In this document: positions 19,098 through 27,817 of the stretch, in pieces
Layout: each line of letters starts with the position of its first letter
How positions within the stretch are numbered: position 1 is the stretch's first letter
Source: an uncultured Candidatus Altimarinota bacterium
GTDB taxonomy: Bacteria > Patescibacteriota > Gracilibacteria > BD1-5 > UBA2023
Reading direction: 5' to 3'
DNA length: 43,995 nucleotides
Assembly: GCA_938036655.1 (NCBI GenBank)
Contig: CALHQS010000055.1
Location: forward strand, 1 to 43,995
The notes under the pieces: generated by a model
The model's input: the letters and a program-made list of their open reading frames with translations, nothing else
Told to the model about the DNA's origin: nothing
Databases searched by the model: none
Translations under genes and position numbers: made by a program

Positions 19098-20060
19098 ATG
19101 ACAACAAAAAAAATTCCAATTACGATTTTGACAGGTTTTCTTGGAAGCGGAAAAACGACACTTCTCAATCATATTTTGAAAGGAAATCACGGCCTTAAAA
19201 TCGCGGTGGTAGAAAATGAATTTGGGCAAGCGGGGCTTGATGGTGCACTCATCAAGGCAGAATCAACTGAGGAAATCATCGAGGTTTCGAATGGTTGTCT
19301 TTGTTGTATGGTTCGAAAAGATTGGATGGATGCGATTGAGACACTTCTGAATTCTGGAAAAGAAATTGATGCCATCGTGATTGAGGCCAGTGGCGCAAGT
19401 GAACCGCTTCCTATCGCGCAAAGTTTTTTGATGAATGATATGGATGGGCGCGTGCAATTGGATTCGATCATTTGTCTAATTGATGCACTCAATTATGAAA
19501 ATTTGTTCGCGCAAGATGCCAAAATCGCGCTTGAACAATTGGAATTTGCAGATTTTATCGTGATGAACAAAATTGATTTGGTCGATCAAGAAAAGAAAAA
19601 TTTTCTCACGACGGCAATTCGTCGCGTGAATGCGTTTGCACCAATTATTGAAGCAGAACACGGAAAAGTAAATATCGACCTCCTGTTGGGAACTGGGCGA
19701 TTTTCGCTTACTGATGCGATGGAAGAAAAAAATAATACACCACACCAGCATGCTCACGACGATTTGGAAACATTTGAATATACTGCACGCGGAAAATTTT
19801 TCGTGCAAAAAATGGATGCATTTTTTCAGGATTTGGACAATGATTGTTACCGCGTAAAGGGATTTGTGCAGTTTGTTGAAAAGCCCGATACTTGGTATTT
19901 GATTCAAAAAGCGGGCGCGCGTGTGACGATGGAGCCTTGGGAAGGTGATGCACCAGGAAAATCTCGTCTTATTTTTATCGGGCGAAATTTTAAGATTCCG
20001 CTTATCACCAAACTTCTTGATGATTGTTCGGACGCACCGAAATCAGTTTTATTTATGTAA
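19098..20060 (+). CDS. COG0523 (CobW/YjiA/ZigA-type) G3E metallochaperone GTPase
   Basis: Walker A GFLGSGKTT, metal motif NGCLCC, NKIDL, His-rich HQHAHDD linker, CobW C-terminal domain. Confidence 0.85.
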   Translation: MTTKKIPITILTGFLGSGKTTLLNHILKGNHGLKIAVVENEFGQAGLDGALIKAESTEEIIEVSNGCLCCMVRKDWMDAIETLLNSGKEIDAIVIEASGASEPLPIAQSFLMNDMDGRVQLDSIICLIDALNYENLFAQDAKIALEQLEFADFIVMNKIDLVDQEKKNFLTTAIRRVNAFAPIIEAEHGKVNIDLLLGTGRFSLTDAMEEKNNTPHQHAHDDLETFEYTARGKFFVQKMDAFFQDLDNDCYRVKGFVQFVEKPDTWYLIQKAGARVTMEPWEGDAPGKSRLIFIGRNFKIPLITKLLDDCSDAPKSVLFM

Positions 20061-20069
20061 TTTCCAAAA

Positions 20070-20423
20070 ATGTTTGGCAAAAATATGGACGACATTCACG
20101 ATTTTTTAGAAGGAAATAAAATTAAAATTTTGTACATTGGGACGCGGTTTTGCTCAACTTGCCAAGCACTTTTTCCAAAAATTGAAGAACTCGCAAAAAA
20201 TCTGGATTTTGTGAATCTCATGCGCGTAGAAATTGATGAAGTGCGCGAAGTTGCGAGCGCGTTTCAGGTTTTGAGTGCACCGACAATTCTCGTTTTTCAC
20301 AACAAAAAGGAATATTTTCGCTCATCGCGATATACTCGAATGGAAGAATTTTCTGAAAAAATTATCGCGCTAAAACCCCTCACTGAAGGGAAAAATTATT
20401 TTTCTGACGAAAATATTTCATAA
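20070..20423 (+). CDS. Thioredoxin-fold protein (CSTC active-site-like motif)
   Basis: 117 aa. ILYIGTRFCSTCQALFP...VLSAPTILVF is a typical thioredoxin-like topology. Confidence 0.6.
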   Translation: MFGKNMDDIHDFLEGNKIKILYIGTRFCSTCQALFPKIEELAKNLDFVNLMRVEIDEVREVASAFQVLSAPTILVFHNKKEYFRSSRYTRMEEFSEKIIALKPLTEGKNYFSDENIS

Positions 20424-20446
20424 AAAATCCCCGTTTTGGGGATTTT
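20424..20446. terminator. Bidirectional terminator aaaatcccc-gttt-ggggatttt between the operon and convergent uvrC
   Basis: Perfect stem flanked by an A-run and a T-run. Confidence 0.75.
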
Positions 20447-20452
20447 ATTTTC

Positions 20453-22428
20453 TTAAACAAGTCCATGATCACGAAGTGTCTCTAATTGTTTTTTGTTCAC
20501 GATTTTGAGAATTTCCGTCTCGTCGAGATTTTTGATCTCATCAATGGAACCAGCAATTTTGAGCAATTTTTTGCGCGTCGTTGGGCCGATGCCTGGCAGT
20601 TCTTCCAAAACATTTTTTTTCATAGATTTTCCGCGAGCGCTGCGGTTTGCCGTAATCGAAAACCTGTGTGATTCATCGCGCGCTTTCTGGATCACCATCA
20701 ACTCGGGCGTTCATTTTTCGAACAAAATCGGATTTTTTTGTCCTGGCAAAAAAACTTCCTCTTCCCTTTTGGCAAGGGAACAAAGTCCCACATCGCCACC
20801 CAGAATTTCCGAAATTTGACGCCATTTCGCATCTAAATGCTCACTTTTTTCTGACAAAAATTTTTTAAGTTTTTCAGGATTATTTTCAGCGAAAAATTTT
20901 TCAATTCCAAGAGAAATCCCTTCCAAGGCTGATGAAAGCTGTCATTTTCCCCCATCAATGATAATTAAATTGGGGAAATTTCCCTGCGAAAGTCCCTCCA
21001 TCGTTCGGCGCATCATCACTTCTTGATGCGATGCAAAATCATCGATTTCACCAGCGCGAAGCGATTTTATTTTATATTTTTTATAATTATCCGTATCGGG
21101 TTTTCCATTTTTTATCACCACACGACTCGCATACGTAAATTGTCCGTGCGTGTGAGAAATATCATAACATTCAAAAAAAATCGGTCATTTTTTGGGGATA
21201 GAATATTTCAATCGCTCTAAAATTTGCTCCATATGGCCGCGCGTAAGCGTATTATTTTCAAGCAAATGCCAATTTTTTTTTTGGGCCAATAAACTACTAG
21301 TCCAGTCTTTATCAATAACAGCAGCTCTATTATCGTAAAATCCAAAAGTTCTTTTTTGGTGCCGATTTGTGGCATCAAAATCTGAATTTTTTTCATTTGC
21401 AAAAATGCTTCCAAAATTTCATCGTCAAAATTTTTTTCGACCAACAAAATTTTGGGAATATCAGCAAAATCATCACTATATTGTCGCACCAAAAATTGTG
21501 AAAAAACCTCCGAAATCGTCGCTCATTTAGCATCCACACTTGAACGAAAAACGCCGATAATTTTCCCATCACGAACGCTTGTCAGGCCGACAAAAATCTG
21601 ATTATATTTTTCCAAAATCACGCACGCATCCACATCGCCATCCACCATATCGCGCGCAATTTGTCGCTCAGAAAACATCTCGATGGCCGCAATTTCTTCT
21701 TTGATTTTTTGTGCTTTTTCAAATTCAAGATTTTTCGCAAAAATCTGCATTTTTTCTCGTAGATTTTCTAGAATTTTATTGGTTTTTCCTGACAAAAATT
21801 CTTGTAAATGAGAAATATTTTGATTGTGTTCGTTGATATTTTCCCTTTTCAAAAGGCACGGCGCCGGACAAATCCCGATATAATAGTCCATACACGGCAC
21901 GCCGCGACCAGCCTTATCCGTGATTGTGATTTTCCCACCAATATCAGAAAATTTCATCTTGCACGCACGAATTTTGAACATTCGCCTGAGTGATTTAATA
22001 TTTTCCGAAAGATTCATTCCCTGCGTAAAAGGCCCAAAATATTTGGCGCCATCATTGATTTTTTGACGCGTTTTGATAAGTTCTGGAATTTTTCCTGTCG
22101 TGATTTTGAGATACGAAAGATTTTTGTCATCCTTCATCAAAATATTATATTTTGGCGAAAAATGCTTAATCAAATTGGTTTCTAGCACTAGCGCTTCAAC
22201 TTCCGTCTGACACAAAATCGTCTCAATATCCACAATTTGTCCGACCATATTTCGCTTTGCAACGGTCAAATCTTGCCCTTCACGAAAATACGAACTCACA
22301 CGCGAACGCAAGTTTTTTGCCTTTCCTACATAAATAATTTTCCCCGTTTTATCCTTCATCTGATATACTCACGGCGTTTTCGGAAGGTTTTGCAAAATAT
22401 GGGCGATGTGCTCAGAAATTTTTTTCAT
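20453..22428 (-). CDS. uvrC: Excinuclease ABC subunit C, with an apparent 1-nt frameshift near 21331-21348
   Basis: N-terminus MKKISEHIAHILQNLPKTP[TGA]VYQMKDKTGKIIYVGKAKNL (GIY-YIG). Middle FFECYDISHTHG and IIIDGGK[TGA]QL. C-terminus IQKARDESHRF and LEELPGIGPTTRKKLL (HhH). The N-terminal part (21523.., 21217..) and the C-terminal part (20711.., 20453..) are in different frames. Confidence 0.8.
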
Positions 22429-22593
22429 GTGAAAATTATATCTCAAAAATTTTTTATGCAAGCAAAAAACACGAAAAATAGCGAAAAATTTTTCTTGACT
22501 TTTTTAAAATTTATTTTAAAAAATCTCAGTTAGTATATTTGATGTCACATCTGAATATACTAATTTTTTCAAAAACAACTCAGGGAGAGGAAG

Positions 22594-22890
22594 ATGTTGC
22601 TACCCAAACAACAATTACAAACGCTGATTCTCGGCGTAAATTCAATACTTATCACAAAAATGATAGGTCACCAATATCAGAGCGGAATAGGAGCTATAGG
22701 TGTATTAACGATCGGTATTATATTATGGGATATCGTACTGACGACGGATTATCCCGACTATAATACTCATCAGCTCAATATGCTCGTTACCTGGTGCTTG
22801 ATGATGAGTTTATTCTTTGGAATCATATTTTCGCTTATTTTGATACAGACGACAATTTATGATTCAGATGTGAAACTTGGTACACACTGA
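22594..22890 (+). CDS. Small polytopic membrane protein A (98 aa if TGA terminates)
   Basis: GGGAGAGG SD-like motif, ATG at 22594, hydrophobic helices (IGAIGVLTIGIILWDIVL, MMSLFFGIIFSLILI). The ORF closes with TGA at 22888-22890. Confidence 0.5.
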   Translation: MLLPKQQLQTLILGVNSILITKMIGHQYQSGIGAIGVLTIGIILWDIVLTTDYPDYNTHQLNMLVTWCLMMSLFFGIIFSLILIQTTIYDSDVKLGTH

Positions 22891-22983
22891 AGCGTACCCT
22901 CATCTGGTATGCGTTATGTTTTGTGACATATTTTTGCTGGAAGCAATTCAGCCATTGGTTTTTTCCAGAATCCTAATACCAAT

Positions 22984-23013
22984 CCCTCACTCGGTTGAGA
23001 GGTTTTCGTTTTC
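22984..23013 (+). terminator. Hairpin ccctcactcggttgagagg plus T-rich tail
   Basis: About 95 nt after the TGA of gene A, immediately before the next TTGACA promoter. Confidence 0.5.
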
Positions 23014-23099
23014 AAAAATTTATTGACAAATAATTTTTTTGTCGTAAAATACCAAAATCAATCAGGCTTTTTTATCAATTGTTTAGATAGGAGGTTAAA

Positions 23100-23573
23100 A
23101 TGGATTCTGATTTGATATTGACAAGTGCATTCGTGGCATATGCCTTTTCTCTTATAGTCTATCAAAGAACTATACGAGAAGCTTTTTCAATGTTCGTAGT
23201 AGCGCATCTCGTAGCGCCGATATTAACATTCTTTCCGATCGAATGGTTCGCGGAAGGAACAGGATTTCTCACTCTATCCGTTGGAACGATATTGATTGGA
23301 CCAATAGTCTCAATAAGTGTAATAGTAGCCCTCTACGAGCCAATATCGGGCGAAAAAACGGTACGAAAAACTCAGGTCTTTCTCGCGTTTCTCGTACTCA
23401 GTACCGTCATATATTGGGCCTTACTCAAAAATAAATACTGGGGTTTTTACCAAACCCTCGAGCGATTGGAATTGCTCTTGATTTGGTGTCTTTTTGTCGC
23501 GGTTTTGACCGTGTTCACCAGATTTATATTCGATAAACATGGTGAAAAGGCGCTCGAAGACCACAAATCTTAG
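23100..23573 (+). CDS. Small polytopic membrane protein B (157 aa)
   Basis: Promoter TTGACA-N16-TAAAAT (23028-23055), SD AGGAGG, ATG at 23100, 4-5 predicted helices. Ends ...EDHKS then TAG. Confidence 0.65.
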   Translation: MDSDLILTSAFVAYAFSLIVYQRTIREAFSMFVVAHLVAPILTFFPIEWFAEGTGFLTLSVGTILIGPIVSISVIVALYEPISGEKTVRKTQVFLAFLVLSTVIYWALLKNKYWGFYQTLERLELLLIWCLFVAVLTVFTRFIFDKHGEKALEDHKS

Positions 23574-23592
23574 ATTTTTTCACAATCTGTCT

Positions 23593-23616
23593 GCCCCTCA
23601 CTCGAGGGGCTTTTTC
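23593..23616 (+). terminator. Terminator gcccctc-actc-gaggggc plus T-run
   Basis: Perfect 7-bp GC-rich stem 20 nt after the TAG of gene B. Confidence 0.75.
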
Positions 23617-23859
23617 TTGACAAAAAATTTTTTCCATATAGTGCTCGGGCCGATGAGATTTTTCTTATCGGATTCTTTTTTCTTGTTCAATTCTTTTTTC
23701 GAAGGAATTCAAATGCAAAATCTACTCATGATAGATTTTTTATTTTTTCATGATATGCTTGGAAATGATGGCAACATTAGTCGCTAATTTTCCTGACAAA
23801 TCCGTAAGATTTCTTGCTATTTTAGGACTTTTTACGCCGATTTTGATCACATTTTTTCC

Positions 23860-24150
23860 GTGGCAAATTTTACAAAAAAATATCATACTTGGATTTTTGG
23901 AATTTTGATTTTTACTCTGCTCGTGATTACTTTTTTGAGTGGATTTCAAGAATCGCGAAGCGAAATGCTGAGCGAGCAAAAAGTACCAAATATTGCTTTG
24001 ACAATGCATTTTGTTTTGTATAACCTCGTTTCCAGTGGAATGATTTTTGCTGGATTGATTGATGCGACAAAATACAATTGCTGCCACCAAGAAATTTATA
24101 ATTATCTCGATAATATCAGCATGTTCGTTTTTGGAAAAGAGGGGTTTTAG
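23860..24150 (+). CDS. Small membrane protein C (96 aa from GTG; possibly the 3' part of a frameshifted longer gene starting at 23765)
   Basis: WIFGILIFTLLVITFLSGF...MHFVLYNLVSSGMIFAGLI. An upstream ORF in another frame (MMATLVANFPDKSVRFLAILGLFTPILITFFPWQILQK) abuts an A7 run at 23874-23880. Confidence 0.45.
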   Translation: MANFTKKYHTWIFGILIFTLLVITFLSGFQESRSEMLSEQKVPNIALTMHFVLYNLVSSGMIFAGLIDATKYNCCHQEIYNYLDNISMFVFGKEGF

Positions 24151-24275
24151 TTTGAGAAAAATTTGACAAAATATATTTTTTACATTAAAATAAATTCATC
24201 ATTGTTTCAATTTTTTTAATCGAAAATTTGGGCCAATGATACTTGGCTCAGTTTTCTCTTTTTAGGAGATTTAAG

Positions 24276-24683
24276 ATGAAAGCTCTCAGAGCAACGCTCA
24301 AAAGCGTCTCAAATATAAGCGTCCTCATGGTGTTTGTTTTACTAGTGTGTATACACCTCAATCTTTCGATTGTGTGGGAAACACTAGGAATAGGTGGAAG
24401 TATCATTTCTATTGTTGGGAAGCTTATTTTAGAAAAACGGAAAAAGCCCTTCTATGAGCATTGTAGAGACCTGATTGAAAAAATCGTCACTATCATGGTG
24501 CTCTCTTTGATAGGGTACATGAGTTTACTTTGGCTGTACACTCAGACTCACGAAGGCATGAATGTTGATTCATTATTCTCTTCACTTCTTAGTTTTGCAT
24601 TTTATACCATGATTTGTGGTGTAGTATACGTGAACTTACTAGTAGGAGAAGGCTTTGATGATCACAAGTCCGATGAAAATTGA
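24276..24683 (+). CDS. Small polytopic membrane protein D (135 aa if TGA terminates)
   Basis: Promoter-like TTGACA at 24167, SD AGGAG, ATG at 24276, 4 hydrophobic helices. C-terminus ...DDHKSDEN followed by TGA, then a terminator 10 nt later. Confidence 0.55.
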   Translation: MKALRATLKSVSNISVLMVFVLLVCIHLNLSIVWETLGIGGSIISIVGKLILEKRKKPFYEHCRDLIEKIVTIMVLSLIGYMSLLWLYTQTHEGMNVDSLFSSLLSFAFYTMICGVVYVNLLVGEGFDDHKSDEN

Positions 24684-24693
24684 GCCACAAAAA

Positions 24694-24728
24694 CCCCACT
24701 CTTCGAAAGAGCGGGGTTTTTCTTTTTT
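24694..24728. terminator. Terminator ccccactctt-cgaa-agagcgggg plus T-run, between gene D and the convergent M16 peptidase gene
   Basis: 10-bp stem with one mismatch, T-run 24717-24728. Confidence 0.75.
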
Positions 24729-24747
24729 GGGAAATTATTTTTTAAAC

Positions 24748-27585
24748 TTATTCCAATTCGCGGATTTCAAATCCCATTTTTTCACATTCTTCACGATTCT
24801 GTTTTCCCGTAATCACCACTCGGCTCGCATTTGTCAAATCTGACAAATATTCTCGTGCAATACGCTTGAGATCATCAATTGTCGCATCAAGAATTTTTGT
24901 GCGATTACGATTTTGAGTTTCTTTCGTGTATCCACGAAAACGCAATATTGCATCAGCTAGGGCTTCTTTGGCTGGTGAACTCGGCGTGTCAATCTTCGCA
25001 ATAACTCCAATTTTCGCTTCATCCAGACGCTCTTCGGCGTGATTGTTTTCCAAAAGCCACCGAATAGAATTTTCAAAATCTTCAAAAGTTCCCTGAATTC
25101 GTGGGTCGCGATATGAGAAAAATCGGAAGCTTTCGCTCTCAGCATCATAACCTGCTCCAGAGCCGTATGCACCGCCTTGCTCGCGAATCGCTGTGTGCAA
25201 AAATCCGTCTCGCAAAAATTGTCCAAGAAGCACGAAAAGTGGCGCATCTTCATGTTCTACTGGCACAACCTTCACAGCAAGCGCACAATATCCCACCGCC
25301 AAATCTGTGAGCCACGCCTCATTGGTTCGGAACGGCTCAAAATTTTCTGACAAAAATTCTCTCGCGGTCGATGTCACATTTTCTTCATTTTTTACAAAAT
25401 TTTCTTTTGCAATCGTGAGCGTCCAGGCGTTATTTTGTAGCGCTTTTTGGTACAAATTTTCAGAAATTTCTACCATTTCGGCATCAGATTTTTTGAGAAA
25501 ATTTTTCAATGTAGAAAGTGCATCAATTCCGCCAATTTTTTCAGAAATATTCGCTGCAAGCGTGTGGCCATGGCTCGCGCGACGCATTGCAGTAGCATTT
25601 CCAGACGAAGTCAAAGCCGATTTCATCGTGAGCAATTTTTCATTGAAAATATTTTTCATCTGCTCAGTTTCGTGGAATTTGGCAGTTTTGAGCGCTTTTT
25701 CAAAAATATTCATCGCCTCCGCCCTATTTCGTTCCAAAAATTTTGCCGACGCAGAAAAATATCCGTGAAGATTTTTTTCACCATATTTTCGATACAAAGT
25801 CCACGACGCCGAAAAATTCATTTTTTGAGAAATTATTTTTTGCGCTTCTGTATAGGACAAATCACCAAATCCTAATTCTCCAATCAGGCTCGTTACCAGA
25901 GAAAAAATCGGCAATTCTGCTCTTGTAAAATTTTGGAGTGGAAAAAATTGATTGACATAATTCAGATTATTCGTCGCCACCGAATAGTGCACATGGTTTG
26001 CGGAAATTTCCTCGCGACCGCTCACAGACTTCATTTCGCGCGGAATGTCCGACATCGCAATTTTTGGCAACAAATTCATATCTTGCGGCGTTTTTTGGCT
26101 TTCTTCCAATTTTTTCGCATTTTCTCGAATTTTTTCTTTTTCTCCAGAATCCAATGTGGATTCAATTTTTTTCAAATAATTTTTTTCTAAATTTTGTTCA
26201 ATTTCCACTGCTTTTTGACTTGGAATCGCCACCACGCGCGTGCGATGCACATTTTCTACAAAATTTTCGCGAAGCAAATCTGCCAAATATTTTGGATTTT
26301 TAATTTTTTCGCGCATTTCGTCCAAAAGTTCGCTCGGATCGATCATATTTTTGAGGCTTTCATCGTGTGTTGCCGCACCAATCGCCTGCAACATCAGCGA
26401 CAAGCCGTATGGATAACCAGTTCCGAGCTCGCGAAGTGACATTTCGATTTGATCCAAAATTCCCTCCGCCTCATCAGTTGGCACGCCATTTTCGAGAATT
26501 TTTTCAAAAACATCAAAAATCAATTTTTCTGTTTCGTCAGCGTATTTGGCATCATCTGTCACAATCCCCGTTGTAATGCGGATTTCTCGGCCAGAATCAT
26601 CCATCATGGTAAGTGGCGAAATTGATGCAGCAAATTCGGCGGTTTCAAGCGCATGACGCAGTGGTGAGCCCGAATGTCCAAGCAAATATTGATACAAAAT
26701 TTCCGCTTCCAAATGCGTTTTTGCATTATTGGCGTGACCAAGCAACCATGAAAACAAAATGTGTGTCTGGTGCGGATTTTCTGTGTCACTTGACGGATAT
26801 TCCAAAATGGTTTTTTGCGGTGACAAAAATCGTGTTTCGTCGTTTGTAAGAACTTTCTCTCATTTTGAAGGGAAAAATTGTAGCGCCAATTTTTCAAAAT
26901 TTTCCTGATGATGTTCAGCAACAATATCACCAAAAGTAAAAAAAGTCGCATTCGTTGGATGATAGTGTTTTTTATGGAATGCCAAAAATTCCTCATAAGA
27001 AAGCGACGGAATAATCTGTGGCGCACCCCCAGAATCAAAATGATACGTCGTTTCTGGATGTAACAATGATTTGTTGATTTCGTACAATCGCTCATACACA
27101 TTGCCGTATACGCCCTTCATTTCGTTGAAAACTACACCCTTGAGCACGAGATTGTTATTTTCGTCAAAATCAAATCGATGCCCTTCTTGCATAAAATCCT
27201 GTTCGCGAAGATTTGGGAAAAAAACCGCATCCAAATACACGCTGAGTAAATTTTGAAAATCCTGCTTGTTCTCCGTTGCGAACGGATACGCCGTCCAATC
27301 CGACGAAGTAAATGCATTCATAAAAGTCTGCATCGAGCGTTTGAGCATTCCAAAAAACGGATCACGAATCGGGAAATTTTTGGAACCACAAAGTGCTGTA
27401 TGTTCGAGAATATGCGCCACTCCGGTTGAGTTATGCGGCATCGTACGAAGCGCAACCATGAACACATTTTCCTGATTTTTGCTCGCAAAATGAAAATGTT
27501 TCGCACCCGTCGCCTCATGCTCGTAGCTTTCGAGCGTGATATCCAGCGTCGGCAAATATTCAGTAGAAATTTTTTTGAAAGTCAT
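24748..27585 (-). CDS. M16C (PreP/insulinase-like) zinc metallopeptidase, 945 aa
   Basis: HILEH zinc motif (GVAHILEHTALCGS) near the N-terminus. Track ORFs 26860..27585 and 24748..26826 are in frame, joined by a sense TGA at 26860-26862. Confidence 0.85.
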
Positions 27586-27667
27586 AAAATTTTTTTAAAA
27601 AATACTATCTCAAAAATTATACAAAAAAAGAGAGAAAAACCAAAAAATTTTGAAAAATAAAAAATCG

Positions 27668-27697
27668 CAAAAATCCCACCAAATTTGCTTTGGTGGG
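27668..27697 (-). terminator. Hairpin cccaccaaa-N5-tttggtggg with a T-run on the minus strand
   Basis: 9-bp perfect stem, about 120 nt downstream of the nitroreductase terminator. Closes a short unassigned transcription unit. Confidence 0.6.
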
Positions 27698-27796
27698 AAA
27701 AGTACTACATTTTGCTTTTTTTGGATTCTATCTCAAGTTGGTTTCTAGCAAAGTGAAAAAGGTTTTATAGGTTTACATAGTAAAAATTTTGTCAAT

Positions 27797-27816
27797 AAAA
27801 AATCCCTAGTAGGGAT
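27797..27816 (-). terminator. Hairpin atccct-agt-agggat with a T-run on the minus strand (nitroreductase terminator)
   Basis: Ends 2 nt from the TAA at 27818-27820. Confidence 0.55.
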
Positions 27817-27817
27817 C

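Noticed and set aside
21217-21339. C-terminal part of track ORF 21217..21492 (TIIELLLLIKTGLVVYWPKKKIGICLKIIRLRAAIWSKF), and the A10 tract at 21273-21282 as the frameshift site.
   Set aside because: The UvrC-like reading (YDNRAAVIDKDW...LLAQKKNWHLLENN) passes through the A10 run in frame. The shift is therefore upstream, near 21331-21348, and this peptide is out-of-frame.
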